28,447 bases of DNA. It comes from a virus (taxonomy: Duplodnaviria > Caudoviricetes). Positions 1-6,738 of this stretch are shown here, in pieces. Both the position numbers and the translations under genes were made by a program. The number at the start of each line of letters is the position of its first letter. The first letter of the stretch is position 1. The stretch is from IMG/VR virus record IMGVR_UViG_3300049859_000116, positions 1-28,447 of that record, one strand, 5' to 3'. The notes below the pieces were generated by a model, which saw only the letters and a program-made list of their open reading frames with translations, was not told the origin of the DNA and did no database searches.

Positions 1-2
1 CC

Positions 3-200
3 ATAGAAGTATACGAAGCACTTGACAAATCGATAGAAGAACATCTAAAAAGGATCCAAAATGTCCAAGAAAGCAAAACTGGGAAGCGGAGCGAGATTCC
101 GAGCAGTGGAAAAATCTGCAGCGAAATCAGGAGCCGAGAACCCAGCGGCAATCGCAGCAATAGCGGGCAGGAAAAAGTACGGCGAAAAGCGAATGGCTAA
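3..200 (+). CDS. Possible 3' end of an upstream gene truncated by the window edge
   Basis: Frame open from position 3 (IEVYEALDKSIEEHLKRIQNVQ...) to TAA at 198-200; start not in window; overlaps the next gene by 140 nt. Confidence 0.3.
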   Translation: MEVYEALDKSIEEHLKRIQNVQESKTGKRSEIPSSGKICSEIRSREPSGNRSNSGQEKVRRKANG

Positions 201-237
201 GATGGCAGCCGCCGGAAGAAAGCGCAGAAAGAAATAG
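61..237 (+). CDS. Small highly basic phage protein (58 aa), not in ORF track
   Basis: Manual translation MSKKAKLGSGARFRAVEKSAAKSGAENPAAIAAIAGRKKYGEKRMAKMAAAGRKRRKK-TAG; AAGGA upstream; 19 K/R vs 3 E; resembles a recurrent phage family with LGxGxRF...NPxALAAxIGRKKYG (recalled, not searched). Confidence 0.8.
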   Translation: MSKKAKLGSGARFRAVEKSAAKSGAENPAAIAAIAGRKKYGEKRMAKMAAAGRKRRKK

Positions 238-264
238 TCCATGCATAGGGCTATCCCAAACGGC

Positions 265-285
265 CCCCTGGCAGAGTGCTGGGGG
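265..285 (+). terminator. GC-rich hairpin between convergent genes, possible terminator
   Basis: CCCCTGGCA-GAG-TGCTGGGGG forms a 9-bp stem with two G-U pairs; no clear U-tract. Confidence 0.35.
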
Positions 286-304
286 ATTACCGTTGATTGT
301 CAAC

Positions 305-442
305 CTAAAACTCTCTGATTGTCAACATCAAGCGGTCGCTGAGAGGCAATTCGGTTTCCAATTCTTGATACACTTCCATTTTTGGCCCGGTATAATTGGT
401 GCATCCTGAAAGGAATAATGCAGTAATTATGAAGTATTTCAT
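305..442 (-). CDS. Small lipoprotein (45 aa), not in ORF track
   Basis: Manual translation MKYFIITALFLSGC-TNYTGPKMEVYQELETELPLSDRLMLTIREF-TAG; basic N-terminus, hydrophobic core, lipobox LSGC; ATG overlaps the upstream TAA (TAATG coupling). Confidence 0.75.
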   Translation of the reverse strand: MKYFIITALFLSGCTNYTGPKMEVYQELETELPLSDRLMLTIREF

Positions 443-1311
443 TACTGGGACATTCCATATAAGTAGACGAATCCGAATGTCAATTGACCTGTAGTGGGGG
501 AAGTTATTTTGATGGTGGTAGGGATCCCGGTTACTGGTATTTCCCCACCAAATGTCGCTATTGATTGAGCATTTGCTGCGTCTGTATCACAATATGTGCA
601 GCTTCCGGTGTAGTTAAATGCTGACCTGACTGAGATAAAAATAGTGCCTGTTGCCCCATTCCCAACCCCAGAAGAATGGACCTTTCCGGATATATATGCT
701 ACAGAAGCTGAATTGTAATTGGTGATGGCCGCCGCATTATACACGAATGCGTTTAGTCCTGATTGGCCGCTAGCATAATATGTCGCGCCTCCATCATCTG
801 AGACGGTCATTTGGGTAAAATCACCATTTGTATTGGGCTGTAGGTTAACGAAGTTTAGCAGGTATGAGTTATACGTTCCGGGCAGTGTTATGATGTAATC
901 TCCGCCTGATGCCTGTGTAGACGATAGCCATATTGATCCGGCTGGATTTCTAACGAACGACGGATCAGCGCTAACCCCATTACTCGTCATGATGAACCCA
1001 GACGTGCTGGGAGAGACGGATGTGATGGCATTTGAGGCGCCGCCTACGAGCGCGTAATGATTTGTGACGGCATTTCCGGTGACGGCGCTTGTGCCATTTC
1101 CGATTAGGACGCCGGTCAGCGTCGTTGCCCCTGTCCCTCCGCCTGCCACTGTCGCCGTGCCGAATGCTGGCTGCGAGCTTGCGCCCTGCGATATCAGCGG
1201 TACGCCGCTGGTGGCAGACGGCGCGACAGAATTCAGCAAATTGTTCGCAGCGCCCGTTTGGACGTTGTATTGGGTAATTGTCTGGTTAGATGGGTTAATT
1301 TTAATTGACAT
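442..1311 (-). CDS. Tail fibre / receptor-binding protein
   Basis: Gly/Thr/Ser-rich shaft motifs (VAGGGTGATTLTGVLIGNGTSAV, SGFIMTSNGVSADPSF) plus a beta-rich C-terminal domain; last large gene of the fibre cluster. Confidence 0.7.
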   Translation of the reverse strand: MSIKINPSNQTITQYNVQTGAANNLLNSVAPSATSGVPLISQGASSQPAFGTATVAGGGTGATTLTGVLIGNGTSAVTGNAVTNHYALVGGASNAITSVSPSTSGFIMTSNGVSADPSFVRNPAGSIWLSSTQASGGDYIITLPGTYNSYLLNFVNLQPNTNGDFTQMTVSDDGGATYYASGQSGLNAFVYNAAAITNYNSASVAYISGKVHSSGVGNGATGTIFISVRSAFNYTGSCTYCDTDAANAQSIATFGGEIPVTGIPTTIKITSPTTGQLTFGFVYLYGMSQ

Positions 1312-1316
1312 GGCGG

Positions 1317-2540
1317 TTAAACATCCTCGTTCCAGTTGACGCAGGTTTGTACGGTCGTTGATGCTTCTGAAAATACGCTGAATGTTAGCGTTTCTTCCGG
1401 AGATATAAAAAAGTTGTATGGGGTCATATCGACTGTAACAGAATTGTTCCTGGCTATTGTTGCGTTATAAAGGAGCGTTCCCCCCGTAATAGTTGTGCCA
1501 GCTGTGTCATAGGATGCGACTGAGTTACCCGACGTGATCGTTACGCCCTGGTTGGCTGTTGTACCGTTAATTGTTGTGTAGCTAGGCGATCCACCGAGAG
1601 TTACACCCTTTTTCAGCCTAATCGTAGAAACGCCGTTACCGCCGTCCGCCGAGAATGATACGCTCCGCAAGCGGATTAATCCGGTATTTGTGACGCCATT
1701 GTATGTAGTGCAATTGCGTATGCTCAGCATGTTTGCTTCAGTTGTGACCGTATTTTTTAAGCTATCGATTCCCCACTGTCCACCAAGATAGGCTCTTTGT
1801 CCAGAAATAAACACACCGACTGATGCACAGTACATAATAAGATTGCTAGTGTTGCCTGTGTTGACTACGTTAGCGTAGAATGGGAATGACGCATTGGAAA
1901 CCTGCGTAGAGGCAGAGGTATTTGGGTATTGGATTGTATGGCATAAAATCCAAGCATTGGTAATGGGATTTAATACCCAAAATGTAATACAACCGTACCC
2001 CAAGTATGGATACTTGATTTGCATGACGTTACCGAACGTCTTATTCCAATTGAAACCGGATGCGCCTGTTCCGTCGCATTTATCTCCATTCCATGCAGTT
2101 TGAGCTACCCAGCCATCAGAGCCGCCATTTCTGAGCGATATCCCAAAAGCGGTACCATTGAAGCCGAAAAAATAGCCGATCTGCGTATTGCCCATGCCGA
2201 TAACTTGAGTTGAGTTGGCTGCATTAGAGGCCCATACACCAGTAAATCGTGCAACCATTCCCTCGCCCTGGCGATATTTCGCTGTTCTAACTGTCGAGTA
2301 AGTTGCTGCACCTGCTGCACCCACTCCGCTTTGTAAGCGTAGACGCGAAGAATCTGTATCGGCTACGCCTGTCGTCGTGATGCTAGTCGATCCTGTTTGC
2401 GTATTGATGCCATAGATGAAATCTACTTGTATGGTTGGAGTAAGTTCAGCTGTAATTAAATCGCCAAATGCTCCTGTGTTCGCTATGCCAATCGCTGACA
2501 ATGTGTTAACTGTCCTTGAAATCAGAGATCCTTGAGTCAT
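1317..2540 (-). CDS. Virion-associated beta-sandwich (putatively lectin-like) protein
   Basis: 407 aa, beta-rich, with VAQTAWNGDKCDGTGASG...YLGYG motif typical of a widespread environmental phage structural family; lies in the fibre cluster. Confidence 0.55.
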   Translation of the reverse strand: MTQGSLISRTVNTLSAIGIANTGAFGDLITAELTPTIQVDFIYGINTQTGSTSITTTGVADTDSSRLRLQSGVGAAGAATYSTVRTAKYRQGEGMVARFTGVWASNAANSTQVIGMGNTQIGYFFGFNGTAFGISLRNGGSDGWVAQTAWNGDKCDGTGASGFNWNKTFGNVMQIKYPYLGYGCITFWVLNPITNAWILCHTIQYPNTSASTQVSNASFPFYANVVNTGNTSNLIMYCASVGVFISGQRAYLGGQWGIDSLKNTVTTEANMLSIRNCTTYNGVTNTGLIRLRSVSFSADGGNGVSTIRLKKGVTLGGSPSYTTINGTTANQGVTITSGNSVASYDTAGTTITGGTLLYNATIARNNSVTVDMTPYNFFISPEETLTFSVFSEASTTVQTCVNWNEDV

Positions 2541-2552
2541 GTAATTATCCTA

Positions 2553-2882
2553 TTAAGTGTTTTCTGATCCAAATAAATTAAAACTAACAGTAGCCAAAGT
2601 AGCATATACCGAAACTATATCTGTAGTAGCTAAAGTTATTCCAATCGTCGCTACAAACGTATCATTTCCATCGATAGGCACATCGTAATAGAGGTAATGT
2701 TTGGGGTCGATTGCCGCTCCGGCTGGTCTTACAGCGATTCTAAAGGTGGTTGGTGTGGCCGATTGATTACATACAACTATGCTACTGCATATAGTTGATG
2801 TTAAGGCAGGCACGGTGTACAACGTGGTTAGTGATGCTGCGCTAGGAACCGATTGTCCCAGGACTTTTAGTGCTGTCGGCAT
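2553..2882 (-). CDS. Small beta-sandwich tail/fibre-associated protein
   Basis: KVLGQSxP...LYTVP...SIVVCN...FRIAVRPAGA...HYLYYD...GITLATTD...FGSE pattern; TAATG-coupled to the upstream gene. Confidence 0.65.
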   Translation of the reverse strand: MPTALKVLGQSVPSAASLTTLYTVPALTSTICSSIVVCNQSATPTTFRIAVRPAGAAIDPKHYLYYDVPIDGNDTFVATIGITLATTDIVSVYATLATVSFNLFGSENT

Positions 2883-3208
2883 TACATGCCTCCTAGTAGG
2901 AAGTTATTCGTGTAATTTGTTGGTAATACAATTGCCTGGAAACTTGGAAGGCCTGCTGCGCCGTTTGAAACAAGACCCTGTCCTGCCGTTCCGGCACCTG
3001 CATTCTGAAGGGCGCCTGTAGCCGTAGTTCCGGCACATACGACTCCATAAGCCGTTGTAAGGGTAGTTAAGCCCGTTCCTCCCGCTGCTACAGCTAAATT
3101 TCCGTAGCCTGGAGCTGATGCACCAGAGGACAAAAGAGGTTGGCCAGAAGTACCATTTGCAGTGACGGTTAATCCTGCATTATTGTAATAAGCTGTTCCA
3201 AATGTCAT
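2882..3208 (-). CDS. Short tail-fibre shaft protein
   Basis: Consists almost entirely of shaft repeats (GTSGQPLLSSGASAP, VAAGGTGLTTLT, GTAGQGLVSNGAAGLPSFQ); ends FLLGGM. Confidence 0.65.
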   Translation of the reverse strand: MTFGTAYYNNAGLTVTANGTSGQPLLSSGASAPGYGNLAVAAGGTGLTTLTTAYGVVCAGTTATGALQNAGAGTAGQGLVSNGAAGLPSFQAIVLPTNYTNNFLLGGM

Positions 3209-3210
3209 AA

Positions 3211-3822
3211 TTATCCTATTTTAAAGCCGCTAAATGCTGTTTGTAAAACTGTAGCAGCTCCAAATATTTGCACTGTTTTGGCTCCGTTTGCTACCTGTAC
3301 CGTCACTTTTACCTGGTCGGATGCTGCTAACTGCAATATCACATTCCCTTGAACCACAAATTGAGAGGAGTTACTGCAAGCGAATGGATTGCAAAACGCA
3401 AAGGTTCCAATTGAAACACCTGTGGTTACATTAACAAAATAGCATTGGCATAATGTATGAGCTGCGCCTAAAAGGTTTAAATAAACGTTTGCATTAAATA
3501 CATATGCGCCGCTTGTTGGAGCGGTGAAAAGGCCGGTGCCTGTGGCATAAGCTGCTCCAACGTTAGTCAATGTAGACCCACAAATTAGCGAATAGGTCGT
3601 TCCGTCCCCCGTTGCGTTTGAAACGGCTGATGATTGATAAGCGATGAACGAGGGTGAGTTTACTGCCGAAACAGTCTGGAAAGTCGGCGCTACCCCCGCT
3701 CCATTGCTGGTAAGAACTTGCGAAGCCGTTCCTAGGGCGACATTAGCTAGGGCACCATTGGCACCCCCGATCTGCACGGCGTATTGTGTAGGCTGATAAT
3801 TTGCGCTGTTGTTAGTGACCAT
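3211..3822 (-). CDS. Tail fibre protein with C-terminal C1q-like trimeric head
   Basis: N-terminal shaft repeat (GTASQVLTSNGAGVAPTFQ) then C1q hallmarks: PSFIAY, NVGAAYATGTGLFTAPTSGAYVF, VILQLAASDQVKV, FSGFKI. Confidence 0.75.
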   Translation of the reverse strand: MVTNNSANYQPTQYAVQIGGANGALANVALGTASQVLTSNGAGVAPTFQTVSAVNSPSFIAYQSSAVSNATGDGTTYSLICGSTLTNVGAAYATGTGLFTAPTSGAYVFNANVYLNLLGAAHTLCQCYFVNVTTGVSIGTFAFCNPFACSNSSQFVVQGNVILQLAASDQVKVTVQVANGAKTVQIFGAATVLQTAFSGFKIG

Positions 3823-4541
3823 TATGTTACCGTTACGTTCCCTTGAGTGTTTACTACTTTGAATGTCGTGTCAGCGACTACGCACACAATCTCCACGAGA
3901 TCTGAGCTGATGATTGATGCTATGCCGCCAGTTACGCCGACGGTTGAGGTCAATGGACCCACAATGATTGATTGCCCGGCATGTTGCGCCAATGTCCAGC
4001 CTCCGGCTCCATATCCCGCGATGATGTATGTATCTCCAAAAGCGGCTGTTACCGGCAGCGAGAATGTAATCAGCGTCGCTCTATCGGCAAGATATCCGGT
4101 GCCCGGGGACAAAGTTTGAGTAGCGGCAGTAACATCAACCCAAGAAAATCCACCTGTAGAATTGAATGTAATGTTGTTTCCAGAACCGGTAATATTCATT
4201 CCAGTTCCATTCAGGAAATTAATAATTCCATTCACAGGAACTACCATTGCTCCGTCTGGTGTATCAATTTCAATTGTGGATCCGCTGCCCCCAGAAACTA
4301 AAACCCAATAAGCAACGTTCGCAACAATTTTAGAAAGATACCAAATGAATCCCTCGGTACCTGTGGTCGGATTCTTGGCAACGATCCAAAAAGATCCAAT
4401 AGGATAATATTGTCCAGTTGTCCCTTGTCTAATATCTGCGCCAGTTGGAGATCTATTGACAGTTACAATTGAAACAATGCGATCATTAGGACCAAGATAC
4501 TTAGTTGGATTATTAGCTGGTATTCCTACATAACTTGCCAT
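3822..4541 (-). CDS. Tail fibre adaptor-like protein
   Basis: N-terminal NNPTKYLG...RSPT module shared with 5416..6519; C-terminal domain (GYLAD...FSLP...GD...WTLAQHAGQSI) paralogous to that of 4545..5051 and reminiscent of T4 gp9/gp10-type domains. Confidence 0.6.
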   Translation of the reverse strand: MASYVGIPANNPTKYLGPNDRIVSIVTVNRSPTGADIRQGTTGQYYPIGSFWIVAKNPTTGTEGFIWYLSKIVANVAYWVLVSGGSGSTIEIDTPDGAMVVPVNGIINFLNGTGMNITGSGNNITFNSTGGFSWVDVTAATQTLSPGTGYLADRATLITFSLPVTAAFGDTYIIAGYGAGGWTLAQHAGQSIIVGPLTSTVGVTGGIASIISSDLVEIVCVVADTTFKVVNTQGNVTVT

Positions 4542-4544
4542 TAT

Positions 4545-5051
4545 CTACACAATCGTTAAGTTGCCCATTGATGAAATAACTTGCCAAGACAAGTCAGCCA
4601 CAGTGCATACCATGCGCAAAGTGTCTCCCTGGGCAGTCGAAGTGATGCTGCCTCCAGCTCCCGCAGTAGTGGTAATATTTCCCATTCTCACTTGTTGACC
4701 AGCTGCCTGAGTGATCGCAAAAGAGGTAGCGCCGCTAAGGGTGACTTCGATGATGTCACCTACCGTGGATGCGGCCGGTAATAGCAAAGACAGCGCTCCT
4801 CCAGGGGAAATACAAATATAACCATGATGCACAGCCAATGTTTGGCTTGCTGTAATTGTTGACCAATCCAAGGCACCAGGAGCATGAACAGTAATTGTGT
4901 TACCAGAAGCAGATATGGTAATCCCTTGGGTCGTGTCTCCAAGAACATTTAGGATGTTTGCTACAGGTATCGCGGTTCCTGAATTGGTTACAAACGACGT
5001 TGGAATCGCTGGATTAGATGTTGCTCTTCCTAAGTTTCCGGCTTGGCTCAT
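4545..5051 (-). CDS. Tail fibre adaptor-like protein; ends in TAG in frame with the next gene
   Basis: [21 protein letters not shown] module plus C-terminal domain paralogous to 3822..4541; AAGGA RBS. Confidence 0.65.
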   Translation of the reverse strand: MSQAGNLGRATSNPAIPTSFVTNSGTAIPVANILNVLGDTTQGITISASGNTITVHAPGALDWSTITASQTLAVHHGYICISPGGALSLLLPAASTVGDIIEVTLSGATSFAITQAAGQQVRMGNITTTAGAGGSITSTAQGDTLRMVCTVADLSWQVISSMGNLTIV

Positions 5052-5059
5052 TTGATTCC

Positions 5060-5407
5060 TTAACTTGGGGTTCCGTAAACAATATCAATATAAAAAGCGC
5101 CAGAAACCGGAGCTGTAATTTGTTTTACATAGAACTGAGTCCCTATGGGCAAAACAAAATTGTCATCTTTTCCTGAAACTAAGTTGGCTGTAAAATCAAA
5201 CAATTTAAAACCACCAGCGGCCACAAATAAGTTTCCAGATGAATTAGTATTGTCTACACTTATAATCATGTCGCCCTGGGTGCTGTTTGAAAAACAGATG
5301 ATCCTGGGTTCTACAGTCAATGGAGATCCAACTGCCGCATATGTACCAGAAATACTTCCAAATGCCAGTGATCTTAATGTGTCGAAATAAACTCTTTTAG
5401 CTGACAT
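5060..5407 (-). CDS. Small beta-rich virion protein of the tail cluster
   Basis: 115 aa, [17 protein letters not shown] motif, AAGGA RBS, tightly packed in the operon. Confidence 0.6.
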   Translation of the reverse strand: MSAKRVYFDTLRSLAFGSISGTYAAVGSPLTVEPRIICFSNSTQGDMIISVDNTNSSGNLFVAAGGFKLFDFTANLVSGKDDNFVLPIGTQFYVKQITAPVSGAFYIDIVYGTPS

Positions 5408-5415
5408 AATTTTCC

Positions 5416-6519
5416 TTAGTTAACAATATCCCAGCCGATTACAGATACATCGCTGGCCTGAAGAGCTGTTGCGTCCGCTGCTTGCCACGCGTTAATAACA
5501 AAAGATGTGCCGTTGACAATGGTGCCTACGCTTAAGTTTCCGAGCGCCGCTGCCCCTGTAGCTCCAACGCTTTGGCGCCAGATTTGAATGAGTGAGTTAG
5601 TTGTGACTGCTGTAGTGGATACAGTGACAGTTCCGCCCACTAAGGTCACGCTACCGATGGAGTTTGCGCCGGCGGCGGAAGTCGAGCCTACGCTGGATCG
5701 AATCATTTTATTCCCGGCAGCGGTAAGCACTAAATTCCCGTTCGTTGCGGTAATGTTTCCAAGGGTTGCTGTAATTGAGGTAGTCGCAGTCAATGCCCCG
5801 GCCTGAGACAAAGTTAGTGCATTGCTAGTTCCGATTGCGGTGCTATTTGAAATGACAAAAATATCGCTCGCAGAGTTATCTAGGCCAATGGTCATCGTAG
5901 AGGCCCCTACGCCGCTAATTTGGAAACTAAGGAATGGGTCTCCAGAAGATGCGCCACCAGTTGCAATTTCTACGCCTGCTCTAGAGGCGCCATTGGTGTT
6001 GTCGCTGTTAGTTGCCTCGATGGTTACATCGGCACCAGCGTCACTTCTGGTTGTGATAATATCACCATCAGAAGCTAAGATATCTCCGGCTGTAGCGGTT
6101 ACGCCCCCGGTAGTTGCTATTAATCCCGTTCCAGCTGTTACAGTAGTGGTTGATGCGATAGATCCAGGAGCGGTAAAAGCTGCAGGAATACTAAAAGTAA
6201 TAGAATGCCCACCACCGGATCCAGTTGATGTAATCTGATTCGCTGTACCTAGAAGAGAAATATTCCCTGCACTAGGACTAATGGCACCACCTGACCCGCC
6301 AGTCAAAGTTACCACTCCGCCAGTTGCTCCAGTGCCCAGTGCGATCCATACGCCAGCGCCAGCATATTGCCAGGACGCAAGACCAGTTAAGTCTTCCCAA
6401 AGGTCACCTTTTACATAAGCGGTATCTGTAGAAGTTGGGGCTCTTTCCGCATAGACCACATTTGGCGGATTGATCGGACGTACGCCCGTATATTGTTTTG
6501 GATTTCTAGCTAACGACAT
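5416..6519 (-). CDS. Tail fibre / spike protein, first gene of the fibre cluster
   Basis: Gly/Thr/Ala-rich with triple-beta-like repeats (ITATLGNITATNGNLVL); AAGGAG RBS; preceded by a 215-bp intergenic region. Confidence 0.7.
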   Translation of the reverse strand: MSLARNPKQYTGVRPINPPNVVYAERAPTSTDTAYVKGDLWEDLTGLASWQYAGAGVWIALGTGATGGVVTLTGGSGGAISPSAGNISLLGTANQITSTGSGGGHSITFSIPAAFTAPGSIASTTTVTAGTGLIATTGGVTATAGDILASDGDIITTRSDAGADVTIEATNSDNTNGASRAGVEIATGGASSGDPFLSFQISGVGASTMTIGLDNSASDIFVISNSTAIGTSNALTLSQAGALTATTSITATLGNITATNGNLVLTAAGNKMIRSSVGSTSAAGANSIGSVTLVGGTVTVSTTAVTTNSLIQIWRQSVGATGAAALGNLSVGTIVNGTSFVINAWQAADATALQASDVSVIGWDIVN

Positions 6520-6553
6520 ATGGGCTCCTTGGCTGATGCGGTAGGGGTGTTTG

Positions 6554-6572
6554 TTAAAATAATTACTTTACA
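6554..6572 (-). promoter_or_regulatory. AT-rich dyad motif upstream of the fibre cluster
   Basis: TGTAAAGTAATTATTTTAA on the minus strand; core TAAAGTAATTATTTTA matches its own reverse complement at 14/16; similar copies at 20056, 22275, 24333, 28420. Confidence 0.5.
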
Positions 6573-6597
6573 TGTACACTAAAAGAAATTTTATGTC

Positions 6598-6627
6598 TTG
6601 ACTATTTCACATCACACGATCTAAACT
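6598..6627 (+). promoter_or_regulatory. Sigma70-type promoter for the antisense peptide gene
   Basis: TTGACT-N18-TAAACT, ending 21 nt upstream of ATG 6649. Confidence 0.5.
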
Positions 6628-6648
6628 TGATAAGTTTGGAGAAAAATA

Positions 6649-6738
6649 ATGCTTATCATTCTAAAATGTATTGGTATAGGAATTGGCTTTAGCTGGATGC
6701 TACAAGGATGTTTTGGAGAAAACGGAATCTTTAATTAA
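6649..6738 (+). CDS. 29-aa hydrophobic peptide, antisense to the morphogenesis operon, not in ORF track
   Basis: MLIILKCIGIGIGFSWMLQGCFGENGIFN-TAA; GGAG RBS; own promoter candidate; stop overlaps the convergent TAA of 6735..8486. Confidence 0.5.
   Translation: MLIILKCIGIGIGFSWMLQGCFGENGIFN

Noticed and set aside
45-242. 65-aa minus-strand ORF in the track
   Set aside because: Antisense shadow of the basic protein 61..237, which has an RBS and a recognisable motif
442-6519. Diversity-generating retroelement or invertible fibre cassette
   Set aside because: No reverse transcriptase or recombinase in the window, no near-identical nucleotide repeat pair seen; similarities are only at the protein level
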